Positions 1 through 7,292 of a DNA stretch of 64,000 nt are shown here, one piece after another. The stretch lies in the IMG/VR virus record IMGVR_UViG_3300023171_000011, positions 10,859 through 74,858 of that record; one strand, given 5' to 3'. The translations under genes and the position numbers were made by a program. Below the pieces are notes generated by a model, which worked only from the letters and a program-made list of their open reading frames with translations, ran no database searches and was not told the origin of the DNA. The DNA comes from a virus. Each line of letters opens with the position of its first letter. Within the stretch, counting starts at the first letter, position 1.

Positions 1-112
1 TCAGCTTAAGAAACAATGGGGCTCAGAAGGGAAATTTAAAGGATACCTGTTTTGATTTTAACCTTCAATTCTTTGGTATTTGGTTCTCATACACTAATTG
101 GGACTACAACAG

Positions 113-586
113 ATGAAAAAGCAAACAATCGCCTTCGTTCGTGACGACTTGACTGGCTTGAGGATGTTGGATAAGCCATCATTCTTATCCTTTATAAGCG
201 ACTTTGGTGCAGGAACCAAGCTAAGACTAACAATTGAGAACTATAGTCCTCAGAGAAGCCTTGAATTGAATGGTGTCATCCACTGGTATTGCCATGATCT
301 TGCAGAAGAATGTGGTATGGATATGGAAGATTTCAAGATGATGATGAAGATTAAATTCTTGAAGAGGGATGCGCTGGATAAACAGGGTAACATCATGTAC
401 GATCAGGACACAGGCGAAGTGTTAACTTACATTGAAAAGACTAGCAAGTTATCTGATGCGGAAGGGGCCAAGTTTGTTGAACAGATCAGGGACTTCGGAA
501 TTAATTTCCTTGGGTATACCTTACCTCTTCCAGATAAAAACTACAAAATACATTTTTTAGAAGAACACAAAAAGACAATGAAATAA
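113..586 (+). CDS. ninB: NinB/YbcN-like recombination accessory protein
   Basis: RSLELNGVIHW and KTSKLS motifs typical of the NinB family; ATG at 113 preferred over TTG at 98. Confidence 0.6.
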   Translation: MKKQTIAFVRDDLTGLRMLDKPSFLSFISDFGAGTKLRLTIENYSPQRSLELNGVIHWYCHDLAEECGMDMEDFKMMMKIKFLKRDALDKQGNIMYDQDTGEVLTYIEKTSKLSDAEGAKFVEQIRDFGINFLGYTLPLPDKNYKIHFLEEHKKTMK

Positions 587-894
587 TGGAAGACCCTAAA
601 AAAGAAGCAAGAACCTGGCATTATATTCAAAAGCCTAATCACTTCGAGATTGTCTGTCCAAAATGTGGTAGCAATGAATGTGATTGGAGTGAATACGCTG
701 GACATATCTGGTGTTATAAATGCAAGTTAGATATTTGGGATTACGAATCTCCTATGAGCGGTCCCGTTCCTATTGGCATATCAAAAATACTAGGGATTGA
801 CTTGAGAATTTATAATATGGTCACAAAAGAAATTGAAGACCTTGAGGAGCATAAAGAAACACTTAAAAATGAAAGTAATAATAGCAGGAGGTAG
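586..894 (+). CDS. hypothetical zinc-ribbon protein
   Basis: CPKC...CYKC pairs; start overlaps upstream stop. Confidence 0.5.
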   Translation: MEDPKKEARTWHYIQKPNHFEIVCPKCGSNECDWSEYAGHIWCYKCKLDIWDYESPMSGPVPIGISKILGIDLRIYNMVTKEIEDLEEHKETLKNESNNSRR

Positions 895-1252
895 AGATTT
901 TAAGGACATTGATTTACTAATGGAGAGCTTAGATAAAATATTGTTCAATCAAGGTGAAGAAGTAGAGATAGTTTCAGGAGGACAAGTTACTGTAGATAAA
1001 GAAACAGGACAAAAGTATGGCGCTGACTATTTAGGTGAATGGTATGCAGCTACTGTCAGGCACTGCAAATTGACTATATTCCCTGCTGACTGGAATACGC
1101 ATGGTAAATCAGCAGGTCCCAAGCGGAATAAACAAATGGCAGAATACTCAGATGCTTTAATAGCATTTTGGGATGGTAAAAGTAAAGGAACAGCTAACAT
1201 GATTGAAGAAGCGAAAAAACAAAACTTAAAAATCAGAATAATTTATTATTAA
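869..1252 (+). CDS. SLOG-family (DUF2493/YspA-like) nucleotide-binding protein
   Basis: MKVIIAGGRDF, IVSGG, GAD, PADW, AGPKRN, AFWDGKSKGT motifs; ATG at 869. Confidence 0.8.
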   Translation: MKVIIAGGRDFKDIDLLMESLDKILFNQGEEVEIVSGGQVTVDKETGQKYGADYLGEWYAATVRHCKLTIFPADWNTHGKSAGPKRNKQMAEYSDALIAFWDGKSKGTANMIEEAKKQNLKIRIIYY

Positions 1253-1282
1253 TTTTACATTTCACATTTAAACACTAACATT

Positions 1283-1813
1283 TTGAAAACAAAATTCAAC
1301 AAAGTAAAGCTCGACAAGAGCGGACAGGCGGTAGTATTTGGAATCACCCAAACAAGCCCATTAGGTAGCTCAGATGTATTGACTTCCAAAGCTCCGGCAT
1401 TGACCATGGATAAGCCACCACATAAAGACTTATCAGACGCATTTGTAGACCTTATACCGCACTTACTCTTTAGTTCCGAGTTATTCCCTATCATGACGAC
1501 AAATAAGGACTGGTACGAAAGCAGAGAGTTCCTGGAAGAGAAAATCTTCACCGGCATTACGGTTCATGAGCTGCAGATTCTAAACCAAGAAGAGACGAAG
1601 ATCAAGTTGATCGGCAGCAAGACGACTACGCTTGGAGAGGTTGTTCCTTTGCAGTCGGTGATCATTGACATGGAAGCGGATGGACCAGACAAGTATCTTT
1701 TGATTACAGTACTGTCAGAGGTCGTAGAAAGAGTGATCTCTGAGGCGGGGCTATATTACTCCAATCAGAAGTATGGATCGTTTGTAGAGCAGCAAGCATT
1801 AGATTTGGTTTAA
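1283..1813 (+). CDS. hypothetical protein
   Basis: 176-aa ORF, co-oriented and tightly packed; TTG start. Confidence 0.6.
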   Translation: MKTKFNKVKLDKSGQAVVFGITQTSPLGSSDVLTSKAPALTMDKPPHKDLSDAFVDLIPHLLFSSELFPIMTTNKDWYESREFLEEKIFTGITVHELQILNQEETKIKLIGSKTTTLGEVVPLQSVIIDMEADGPDKYLLITVLSEVVERVISEAGLYYSNQKYGSFVEQQALDLV

Positions 1814-1814
1814 G

Positions 1815-2093
1815 ATGCCTAAATACAGAAGAATACCAAAAGAGTTTGACGCAGTTCAGTTTAGAGGAGGAGACTTTTCTACTGCTGTCATAGAAAAGTT
1901 TATGGGCGTTCAAGAATTAATGTGCAACAAAAATGGAACTAGTGAATGTCAGGAGTTAATTATTCCAACAGAAGAAGGGGAGTTAACAGCATCAGCCGGA
2001 GATTTCATAGTGAAAGGATACACAGAAGCTCTTGGATGGCATTATTGGCCCGTAAAGGAAGACTTCTTTAACGAGAACTACGAAAAAGTATAA
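1815..2093 (+). CDS. conserved phage protein (PGDYG-like)
   Basis: DAVQF, PTEEG, AGDFIVKG, YWPVKEDFF pattern. Confidence 0.6.
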   Translation: MPKYRRIPKEFDAVQFRGGDFSTAVIEKFMGVQELMCNKNGTSECQELIIPTEEGELTASAGDFIVKGYTEALGWHYWPVKEDFFNENYEKV

Positions 2094-2117
2094 CCCTGTC
2101 GAAATCGACACCTTTGG

Positions 2118-2151
2118 AAGCCCTGAGAGAAATCTTGGGGCTTTTGCTTTT
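2118..2151 (+). terminator. intrinsic terminator
   Basis: aagccctgaga-gaaa-tcttggggctt hairpin followed by T-rich run. Confidence 0.75.
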
Positions 2152-2162
2152 AAAAACTATAT

Positions 2163-2546
2163 TTGAGTATGAAATACATTTTACTAACCGCAGTGCTTTT
2201 ATTCTGCCACTACCTAGCTGACTACACACACTTAAGCCGACCATACATGCTTGCTGCAAAAAGATTTGGTAAACCACTATGGCCTATCTTTATCCACGCC
2301 TGTACTCATGGGACTTTAATGGGATGTGCTCTACTGCTTTTCAATGTCAAAACTGAAACAACGCTATGGTTAGTCTGCATGCAGGTCTTATCTCACTTCA
2401 TTATAGACGTTTTAAAGGGCCGAATTAATATTTGGATACCAATGGTCCAACAGCCGGCTAAAGTCTGGCATTGGGTCGTATTTGGTGCCGATCAGTACTT
2501 CCATCAGGTGATAATCCTTTGGATGGTTTTAATTGCTTTAAATTAA
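2163..2546 (+). CDS. DUF3307-like membrane protein
   Basis: HYLADY, HACTHG, SHFIID, GADQYFH motifs within hydrophobic helices. Confidence 0.75.
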   Translation: MSMKYILLTAVLLFCHYLADYTHLSRPYMLAAKRFGKPLWPIFIHACTHGTLMGCALLLFNVKTETTLWLVCMQVLSHFIIDVLKGRINIWIPMVQQPAKVWHWVVFGADQYFHQVIILWMVLIALN

Positions 2547-2574
2547 CGCTTGTTCGCAAATTAAAAACTTTTCG

Positions 2575-2582
2575 TATGTTTG
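2575..2582 (+). promoter_or_regulatory. Bacteroidota primary-sigma -7 box
   Basis: TATGTTTG matches TAnnTTTG, intergenic. Confidence 0.65.
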
Positions 2583-2583
2583 C

Positions 2584-2670
2584 GAGGTAAATGTTTCGGA
2601 CGTTCTGTCTGAGCTATTTCGTTAGTTTTGTTTTCATAGAAAGTCTGGACTGGTACTCCGGACTTTCACA
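2584..2670 (+). ncRNA. putative small RNA (hairpin, single-stranded seed, 3' hairpin)
   Basis: Promoter immediately upstream, no + strand ORF; 5' hairpin 2595-2613; 11-bp 3' hairpin 2639-2667. Confidence 0.45.
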
Positions 2671-2682
2671 TTTAAAAATAAA

Positions 2683-2715
2683 TTTGGCTGGATTAAAATA
2701 ATTGTCTTATACTTG
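2683..2715 (+). promoter_or_regulatory. promoter of leader peptide/tRNA operon
   Basis: TTTG (2683-2686), 21-nt spacer, TATACTTG (2708-2715; one mismatch to TAnnTTTG). Confidence 0.6.
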
Positions 2716-2719
2716 CATC

Positions 2720-2788
2720 ATGAAATTACTAAACATACATCAGTGGCCCAATCAATTTGACATTATTGTCGAGCGGTTTACTGTGTAG
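2720..2788 (+). CDS. putative attenuator leader peptide MKLLNIHQWPNQFDIIVERFTV (22 aa)
   Basis: ATG 5 nt after -7 box; ORF ends 20 nt before a terminator; 3' part complementary to the terminator 5' arm; not in ORF track. Confidence 0.65.
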   Translation: MKLLNIHQWPNQFDIIVERFTV

Positions 2789-2808
2789 TTTTAATTATAA
2801 AATTATTT

Positions 2809-2841
2809 AGGCCTCTTGACAAAAATCAAGGGGCTTTTTTT
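2809..2841 (+). terminator. attenuator terminator upstream of tRNA array
   Basis: aggcctcttga-caaaaa-tcaaggggctt 11-bp stem plus T7. Confidence 0.85.
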
Positions 2842-2847
2842 ATGCAC

Positions 2848-2918
2848 AAGGGTTTACGATAATGGTAGTCTACGGGTCTCCAAAACCTAGAGTAATGGTT
2901 CGAATCCATTAACCTTTG
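2848..2918 (+). tRNA. trnW: tRNA-Trp(CCA)
   Basis: aagggtt/aaccttt acceptor; loop ct-CCA-aa; aatgg-ttcgaat-ccatt T arm. Confidence 0.85.
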
Positions 2919-2923
2919 CAAAT

Positions 2924-2997
2924 AGTGCAATATATCAATTGGTTAGATTACCGCATTTGGGATGCGGAGGTTCCGAGTTCGAGTCTCGGTTGCGCTA
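2924..2997 (+). tRNA. trnP: tRNA-Pro(TGG)
   Basis: agtgcaa/ttgcgct acceptor; ccgca-tt-TGG-ga-tgcgg; ccgag-ttcgagt-ctcgg. Confidence 0.9.
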
Positions 2998-3001
2998 CGT
3001 A

Positions 3002-3066
3002 GTAGGAAGAGCGGTTCGAGTCCGCAGGATCTTTGATCTGATAGTGTATCTGGCTAGCACACCTGC
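3002..3066 (+). ncRNA. circularly permuted tRNA-like RNA (T arm, closed acceptor hairpin, D arm; no anticodon loop)
   Basis: gtagg(3002-6)/cctgc(3062-6) closing stem; gcgg-ttcgagt-ccgc T arm; ggatc-ttt-gatct hairpin; ta-gtgt-atctggcta-gcac D arm. Confidence 0.7.
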
Positions 3067-3073
3067 GTTATTT

Positions 3074-3145
3074 TACTGCCTAGTGTAATGGTAAGCACAA
3101 CAGACTTTGATTCTGTTAGTCGGAGTTCGAATCTCTGGGTGGTAA
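3074..3145 (+). tRNA. trnQ: tRNA-Gln(TTG)
   Basis: tactgcc/ggtggta acceptor; acaga-ct-TTG-at-tctgt; cggag-ttcgaat-ctctg. Confidence 0.9.
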
Positions 3146-3146
3146 C

Positions 3147-3219
3147 GGTGATTCTGTCCGTAATGTAACGGAGCCGGTCTGTGAAATCGGTTATCAGGGT
3201 TCAAGTCCCTGGTTTCACA
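3147..3219 (+). tRNA. trnH: tRNA-His(GTG), atypical
   Basis: ccggt-ct-GTG-aa-atcgg; caggg-ttcaagt-ccctg; G-1 present but A73, two T-T acceptor mismatches, D loop lacks GG. Confidence 0.7.
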
Positions 3220-3225
3220 CTAAAT

Positions 3226-3297
3226 ATTTCTGTACGTCAACGGATAGACTACGAAGCTACGAACTTCGGAATAAGGTTTCGAATCCTTTCAGAAATA
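3226..3297 (+). tRNA. trnR: tRNA-Arg(ACG)
   Basis: atttctg/cagaaat acceptor; cgaag-ct-ACG-aa-cttcg; slightly irregular T arm. Confidence 0.8.
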
Positions 3298-3302
3298 CAA
3301 AT

Positions 3303-3382
3303 GCCCTGCTGACTTATGCAAACTGGTACAGCTACAAGTCTTAGAAACTTGGTTTTTCTCGGTTCGAGTCCGAGGTGGGGTA
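3303..3382 (+). tRNA. trnL: tRNA-Leu(TAG), atypical (short variable loop, long D region)
   Basis: gccctgc/gtggggt acceptor; caagt-ct-TAG-aa-acttg; ctcgg-ttcgagt-ccgag. Confidence 0.75.
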
Positions 3383-3388
3383 CTAAAT

Positions 3389-3462
3389 ATGCTGTTAGCT
3401 CAGTCGGTTAGAGCGCCACTCTTATAAGGTGGAAGTCAAAGGTTCAAATCCTTTACGGCATA
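3389..3462 (+). tRNA. trnI: tRNA-Ile(TAT)
   Basis: atgctgt/acggcat acceptor; gctc/gagc D stem; ccact-ct-TAT-aa-ggtgg; aaagg-ttcaaat-ccttt. Confidence 0.9.
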
Positions 3463-3477
3463 CTTGTTAAATAGTCT

Positions 3478-3509
3478 GAGGCAGCAGTCGTGATGATAGC
3501 TGCCTTTTT
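3478..3509 (+). terminator. terminator of tRNA operon
   Basis: gaggcagc...gctgcctt stem plus T run. Confidence 0.75.
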
Positions 3510-3746
3510 ATTGTCGAAATAGATCGTAAATTATCCAAGAAATCCCTTATTCCTACCAAAACGTCAAAATAAGCCTGTTTTCAAAAGCTTAATTCGACGA
3601 AATCTTATTTGATGGTCATTTGATAGACCTAAGTATTAAAGTGTCTTATATCGCTTTAAAATCACTTAAATGGGTAATTTTTATTTGATTGGCATTCGGA
3701 AAGAAAAGAAAGTGAAAATAAATGTTGACAGTATGAAAATTAAATT

Positions 3747-3866
3747 TACATTTGTGATGTAATGGCAAGATATTTGGAAGTAGTGAGCTGAATATCGTAA
3801 AGTCAATAAAGGCATTAAGAAACTGCCCCTGGAGAAACTCACTACCTTCAGGGGTTTTTTATTTTT
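3747..3866 (+). promoter_or_regulatory. promoter plus structured leader (two hairpins with complementary loops, second is terminator-like) of the replication operon
   Basis: TACATTTG 3747-54; hairpin 3769-3796; hairpin 3825-3855 plus T tract; loops gtagtgag/ctcactac. Confidence 0.7.
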
Positions 3867-4154
3867 ATGGAAAATTTACAAGTAATCTGTCCAAAATGTA
3901 GTTCCTCTAATTATAGAGTTGAGCAAAGAGGTATTCACAAAACAGCATTCTGCCAGGAATGTGATGCTTACATCAAGAATCTCCCACAAGGCGTACCGAC
4001 AACACTTTTCTTTGGCAAGTACAAAGGCCGTACAATCGAATCTATGATGGAGAAGGATGAAGTGGGTTATCTTGTATGGTTGCTTACTAAGCCGGACTTA
4101 AAACCAAACTCCCTGCGTACAGCAATTGAGAAACATTTAATTAGCGGTAAGTAG
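3867..4154 (+). CDS. zinc-ribbon protein with C-terminal FGKYKG (DUF3820-like) module
   Basis: CPKC...CQEC; FFGKYKG...GYLVWL. Confidence 0.6.
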   Translation: MENLQVICPKCSSSNYRVEQRGIHKTAFCQECDAYIKNLPQGVPTTLFFGKYKGRTIESMMEKDEVGYLVWLLTKPDLKPNSLRTAIEKHLISGK

Positions 4155-4156
4155 TT

Positions 4157-4492
4157 ATGGCGGGTATACAAAAAAATAACGGATACATTTTCCCAAAATG
4201 GCTACCGCAAAAAATAAGTGCAAGCAGGATAAGATCAAGCATGGATAAAAAAGATGCACTAAAGTGCTTTAGAAATTCATCAAGCGGTTTTATTAAAAAA
4301 AATGATCTTCGGGTTTATTTATTTGAAAAGTTTAAAAATAAATGTGTTAAGTGCTCTTCAATGGATAAAATACAAATTGATCATATAATTTCGGTCAAGC
4401 GGTGTTTTGATAATCAATTATTCGATTTCTGCAATACTGAAGAAAATCTACAAGTTTTATGCATGAAGTGTAATACTACTAAATTACCCTGA
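4157..4492 (+). CDS. HNH endonuclease
   Basis: CVKC...IDHII...ENLQVLCMKCN. Confidence 0.85.
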   Translation: MAGIQKNNGYIFPKWLPQKISASRIRSSMDKKDALKCFRNSSSGFIKKNDLRVYLFEKFKNKCVKCSSMDKIQIDHIISVKRCFDNQLFDFCNTEENLQVLCMKCNTTKLP

Positions 4493-4493
4493 T

Positions 4494-5228
4494 ATGGCTA
4501 GGCAAGAAAGAAATAGCGTAGATTATTTTCCGCACACAGTTACTCACGGAAGAAAGATGTTTTATCTTAGGTCAAAGTATAAGAATGATGGTTATGCTGT
4601 ATGGTTTATGCTGATTGAACAATTAGGTAGAACAGAGTATCACTATCTTGATTTATCTGATGATATTCAACTTATGTATTTGTCAAGCGAATTTATGGTA
4701 AGCGAACAAGTGCTGAAAGATATTATTGATATACTTGTAAAATTTGGTGATTTTGATGATGATTTATGGAATAATCATAAGGTTATTTTTAACGAAAAAT
4801 TCAATCAAAGTATATCTGATGCTTACAAGAAAAGAAATAATGACTGCATTTCAAAAGAGAACCTTTATAAGCTATTAGGGTTCCCTAATGAAAGTAAAAA
4901 AACCCCTAATAAGCCATTAAGTACAAGTGAAGTATCCGGTAGTACACAAAGAAAAGAAAAGGATATAAAAGAAGATAATATATATAGATTTTTTGATCAT
5001 TTAAGTATAACTGTTGAGGAGGTTGAATCTCTGAAAAGTAAAGGTTATACTCAGATACAAATTGACGATATACTTGACGCAATCGAAAATAGTAAAAAAA
5101 ATAAAAATTATAAGTCACTTCCTAAAACTGCTTTGATTTGGCTAAAGCGAAACGGAGAGCCGGCACAACAAAATGATAAACCCTTAAATCCACACGATGC
5201 AATTCTTAAAACCTTTAACCAACGATAG
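4494..5228 (+). CDS. replication initiator (DUF4373/Lin1244-like N-terminus)
   Basis: MAR...VDYFPH, GYAVWFMLIE; low-complexity linker; directly upstream of primase-helicase. Confidence 0.7.
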   Translation: MARQERNSVDYFPHTVTHGRKMFYLRSKYKNDGYAVWFMLIEQLGRTEYHYLDLSDDIQLMYLSSEFMVSEQVLKDIIDILVKFGDFDDDLWNNHKVIFNEKFNQSISDAYKKRNNDCISKENLYKLLGFPNESKKTPNKPLSTSEVSGSTQRKEKDIKEDNIYRFFDHLSITVEEVESLKSKGYTQIQIDDILDAIENSKKNKNYKSLPKTALIWLKRNGEPAQQNDKPLNPHDAILKTFNQR

Positions 5229-7290
5229 CTCCTTACAGTTCATGCCAGTAATGGCTGACAAGAAACCAATTCATCTTGAGTGGCAACACACAAAGAAAAA
5301 CTATGATTTTTCTAGGGCCGAAGCTATCGGTTTAGTTTGTGGAAGCATCAGTGGTAACCTTGAGGCTATTGATTTGGATTTAAAATACGATCTAACCAAA
5401 ACACTTTACGAAGAATACAAAAGAGCTATTCATGAGATAAATCCAAAAATCCTTAAGAAGATAGTTGTTCAATCTACAGTAAGCGGAGGATATCATTTTA
5501 TTTACCGATGTGAATATATTGAGGGGAACAAGAAGCTAGCTGAAAGACATACCACTAAGAACGAGAGACAACAAACTTATGATAAAACTTATGCAAAGTT
5601 AATCAGTGGTGATAAGCCGGAAAATTTAACTCAAGATCAGTTTATTTCTTTTTGTGAAGAGAAAGCTGCCAGAAGTAGAGATAACGACAGGACAAGAGTT
5701 TTACTAGAAACACGAGGTGAAAAAGGTTATATAGCTTGTGCTCCAACGAAAGGATACGAACTTAAACATCTTGACTTTGATAAAATAGAAACCATCACTA
5801 AAGATGAGAGGGAAGTTTTAATTAATGTTGCCTATAGTTTCAACCAAGTTTTAAAGGAACCTCACCATGATCGCAAGATTGAAAGAAAAATTGTTAAAGG
5901 ACTCACATCTATTGAAGACTATAACAATCGAGGAGACGTAGTTTCCTTGCTTGAGAACCATGGTTGGGAGCGAGTTGGTAAAAAGGGTAGCAAAATATTA
6001 ATGAAGCGTCCTGGTGACACCAAAGCATCTCATTCAGGTAATTTTGACGAGGAAAAGAATTGGTTTAGTGTTTTCAGTACCTCAACAGAATTTGAATCAC
6101 AGACTCCTTATCAGCCTTATGCGGTTTACGCTATCCTTGAGTGTAACGGAAATTGGTCCGAGGTTCCTATAAAACTTTACGATCTAGGTTTTGGAGACAG
6201 AAGGGATGTTCTTGAGGCGAACACGATTGACGTTCCAACAAATATTGATGCTACCGCAGATGCTACAGATTTTCTTGCTTCAAATATTGATTATGACGCT
6301 TACCTTGAGAAATGGAGAAACGGAACCTGGGAGAAAGGATTAACAACCGGATCAAAATTATTGGATAATTATTTTTTGTTTAAAGAAGCGGATCTTGTTA
6401 TTATAAATGGGATTGACAACGTTGGTAAATCTACTGTGATATGGTATAAAGCAGTATTATCAGCAATGTATCACGATTGGAAATGGTTAATTTTTAGTTC
6501 TGAAAATAAGATTGGTGGTATTATCCGGAAGCTAATTGAATTTTATTGGTGCGAACCAATTGATAAAATGAGCTTAGAAAAATTCAAATATGCTAAGCAA
6601 TGGGTAAGGGAACATTTTGATATTATAAAATCAAATGAAAAACTATTCAATTACGAAGATATTTTGACAATTACTACTTTAGCAAAGACTAAAAAAGAAT
6701 ATAATGGTCTTTTGATAGACCCCTATAACTCTCTGAAAGTAGATAGCCCATCAAAAAATAAAGGTGCTGGAAATTACGATTATCACTATGAGGCGGCAAG
6801 TAAGATTAAGCTTTATGGATCTTTAAATAATTTGAGTATCTATATCAATACTCACGTAGGTACGGCTGCAGCAAAAAACAAAGACACGAAAACAGGATAT
6901 ACGAAAGCGCCTCAGAAAGAGGATAGTGAAATGGGAGTTATATTCGCAAATAAGGCTGATGAATTTATCACAATACACAGGGTAACTCAACATGAAACCG
7001 AGTCTATTTTCACAGAGATACATATCCGCAAAGTTAAAGAAACAGAGACAGGAGGAAATGTTACTAGGGCTAATGCGCCAATTATTATGCGGCCTAACGC
7101 TTTAGTTACCGGATTTGAAATATTACCTTATAAGTCTCATGCGGAGGTAGGAGAGAATCCTGTATTGATTTGGCATAACAAAATGCTAACAGAAAGTCAA
7201 CAGTCGATATTCTCAGAACAAGTTTACGACAAACCGTCCCCTGTTGTACCTGAATATTCTAACCAACCTACAGCAGACTTACCTTTCTAA
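5197..7290 (+). CDS. primase-polymerase (Prim-Pol) fused to SF4/DnaB-like helicase
   Basis: IGLVCG, AIDLD, STVSGGYH, ETRGEKGY in N-terminus; Walker A GIDNVGKS, LLIDPYN in C-terminus; DLPF tail. Confidence 0.85.
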   Translation: MQFLKPLTNDSSLQFMPVMADKKPIHLEWQHTKKNYDFSRAEAIGLVCGSISGNLEAIDLDLKYDLTKTLYEEYKRAIHEINPKILKKIVVQSTVSGGYHFIYRCEYIEGNKKLAERHTTKNERQQTYDKTYAKLISGDKPENLTQDQFISFCEEKAARSRDNDRTRVLLETRGEKGYIACAPTKGYELKHLDFDKIETITKDEREVLINVAYSFNQVLKEPHHDRKIERKIVKGLTSIEDYNNRGDVVSLLENHGWERVGKKGSKILMKRPGDTKASHSGNFDEEKNWFSVFSTSTEFESQTPYQPYAVYAILECNGNWSEVPIKLYDLGFGDRRDVLEANTIDVPTNIDATADATDFLASNIDYDAYLEKWRNGTWEKGLTTGSKLLDNYFLFKEADLVIINGIDNVGKSTVIWYKAVLSAMYHDWKWLIFSSENKIGGIIRKLIEFYWCEPIDKMSLEKFKYAKQWVREHFDIIKSNEKLFNYEDILTITTLAKTKKEYNGLLIDPYNSLKVDSPSKNKGAGNYDYHYEAASKIKLYGSLNNLSIYINTHVGTAAAKNKDTKTGYTKAPQKEDSEMGVIFANKADEFITIHRVTQHETESIFTEIHIRKVKETETGGNVTRANAPIIMRPNALVTGFEILPYKSHAEVGENPVLIWHNKMLTESQQSIFSEQVYDKPSPVVPEYSNQPTADLPF

Positions 7291-7292
7291 CC

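Noticed and set aside
2848-3720. CRISPR mini-array
   Set aside because: Recurring GGTTCGA motifs are tRNA T loops; no direct repeats with spacers
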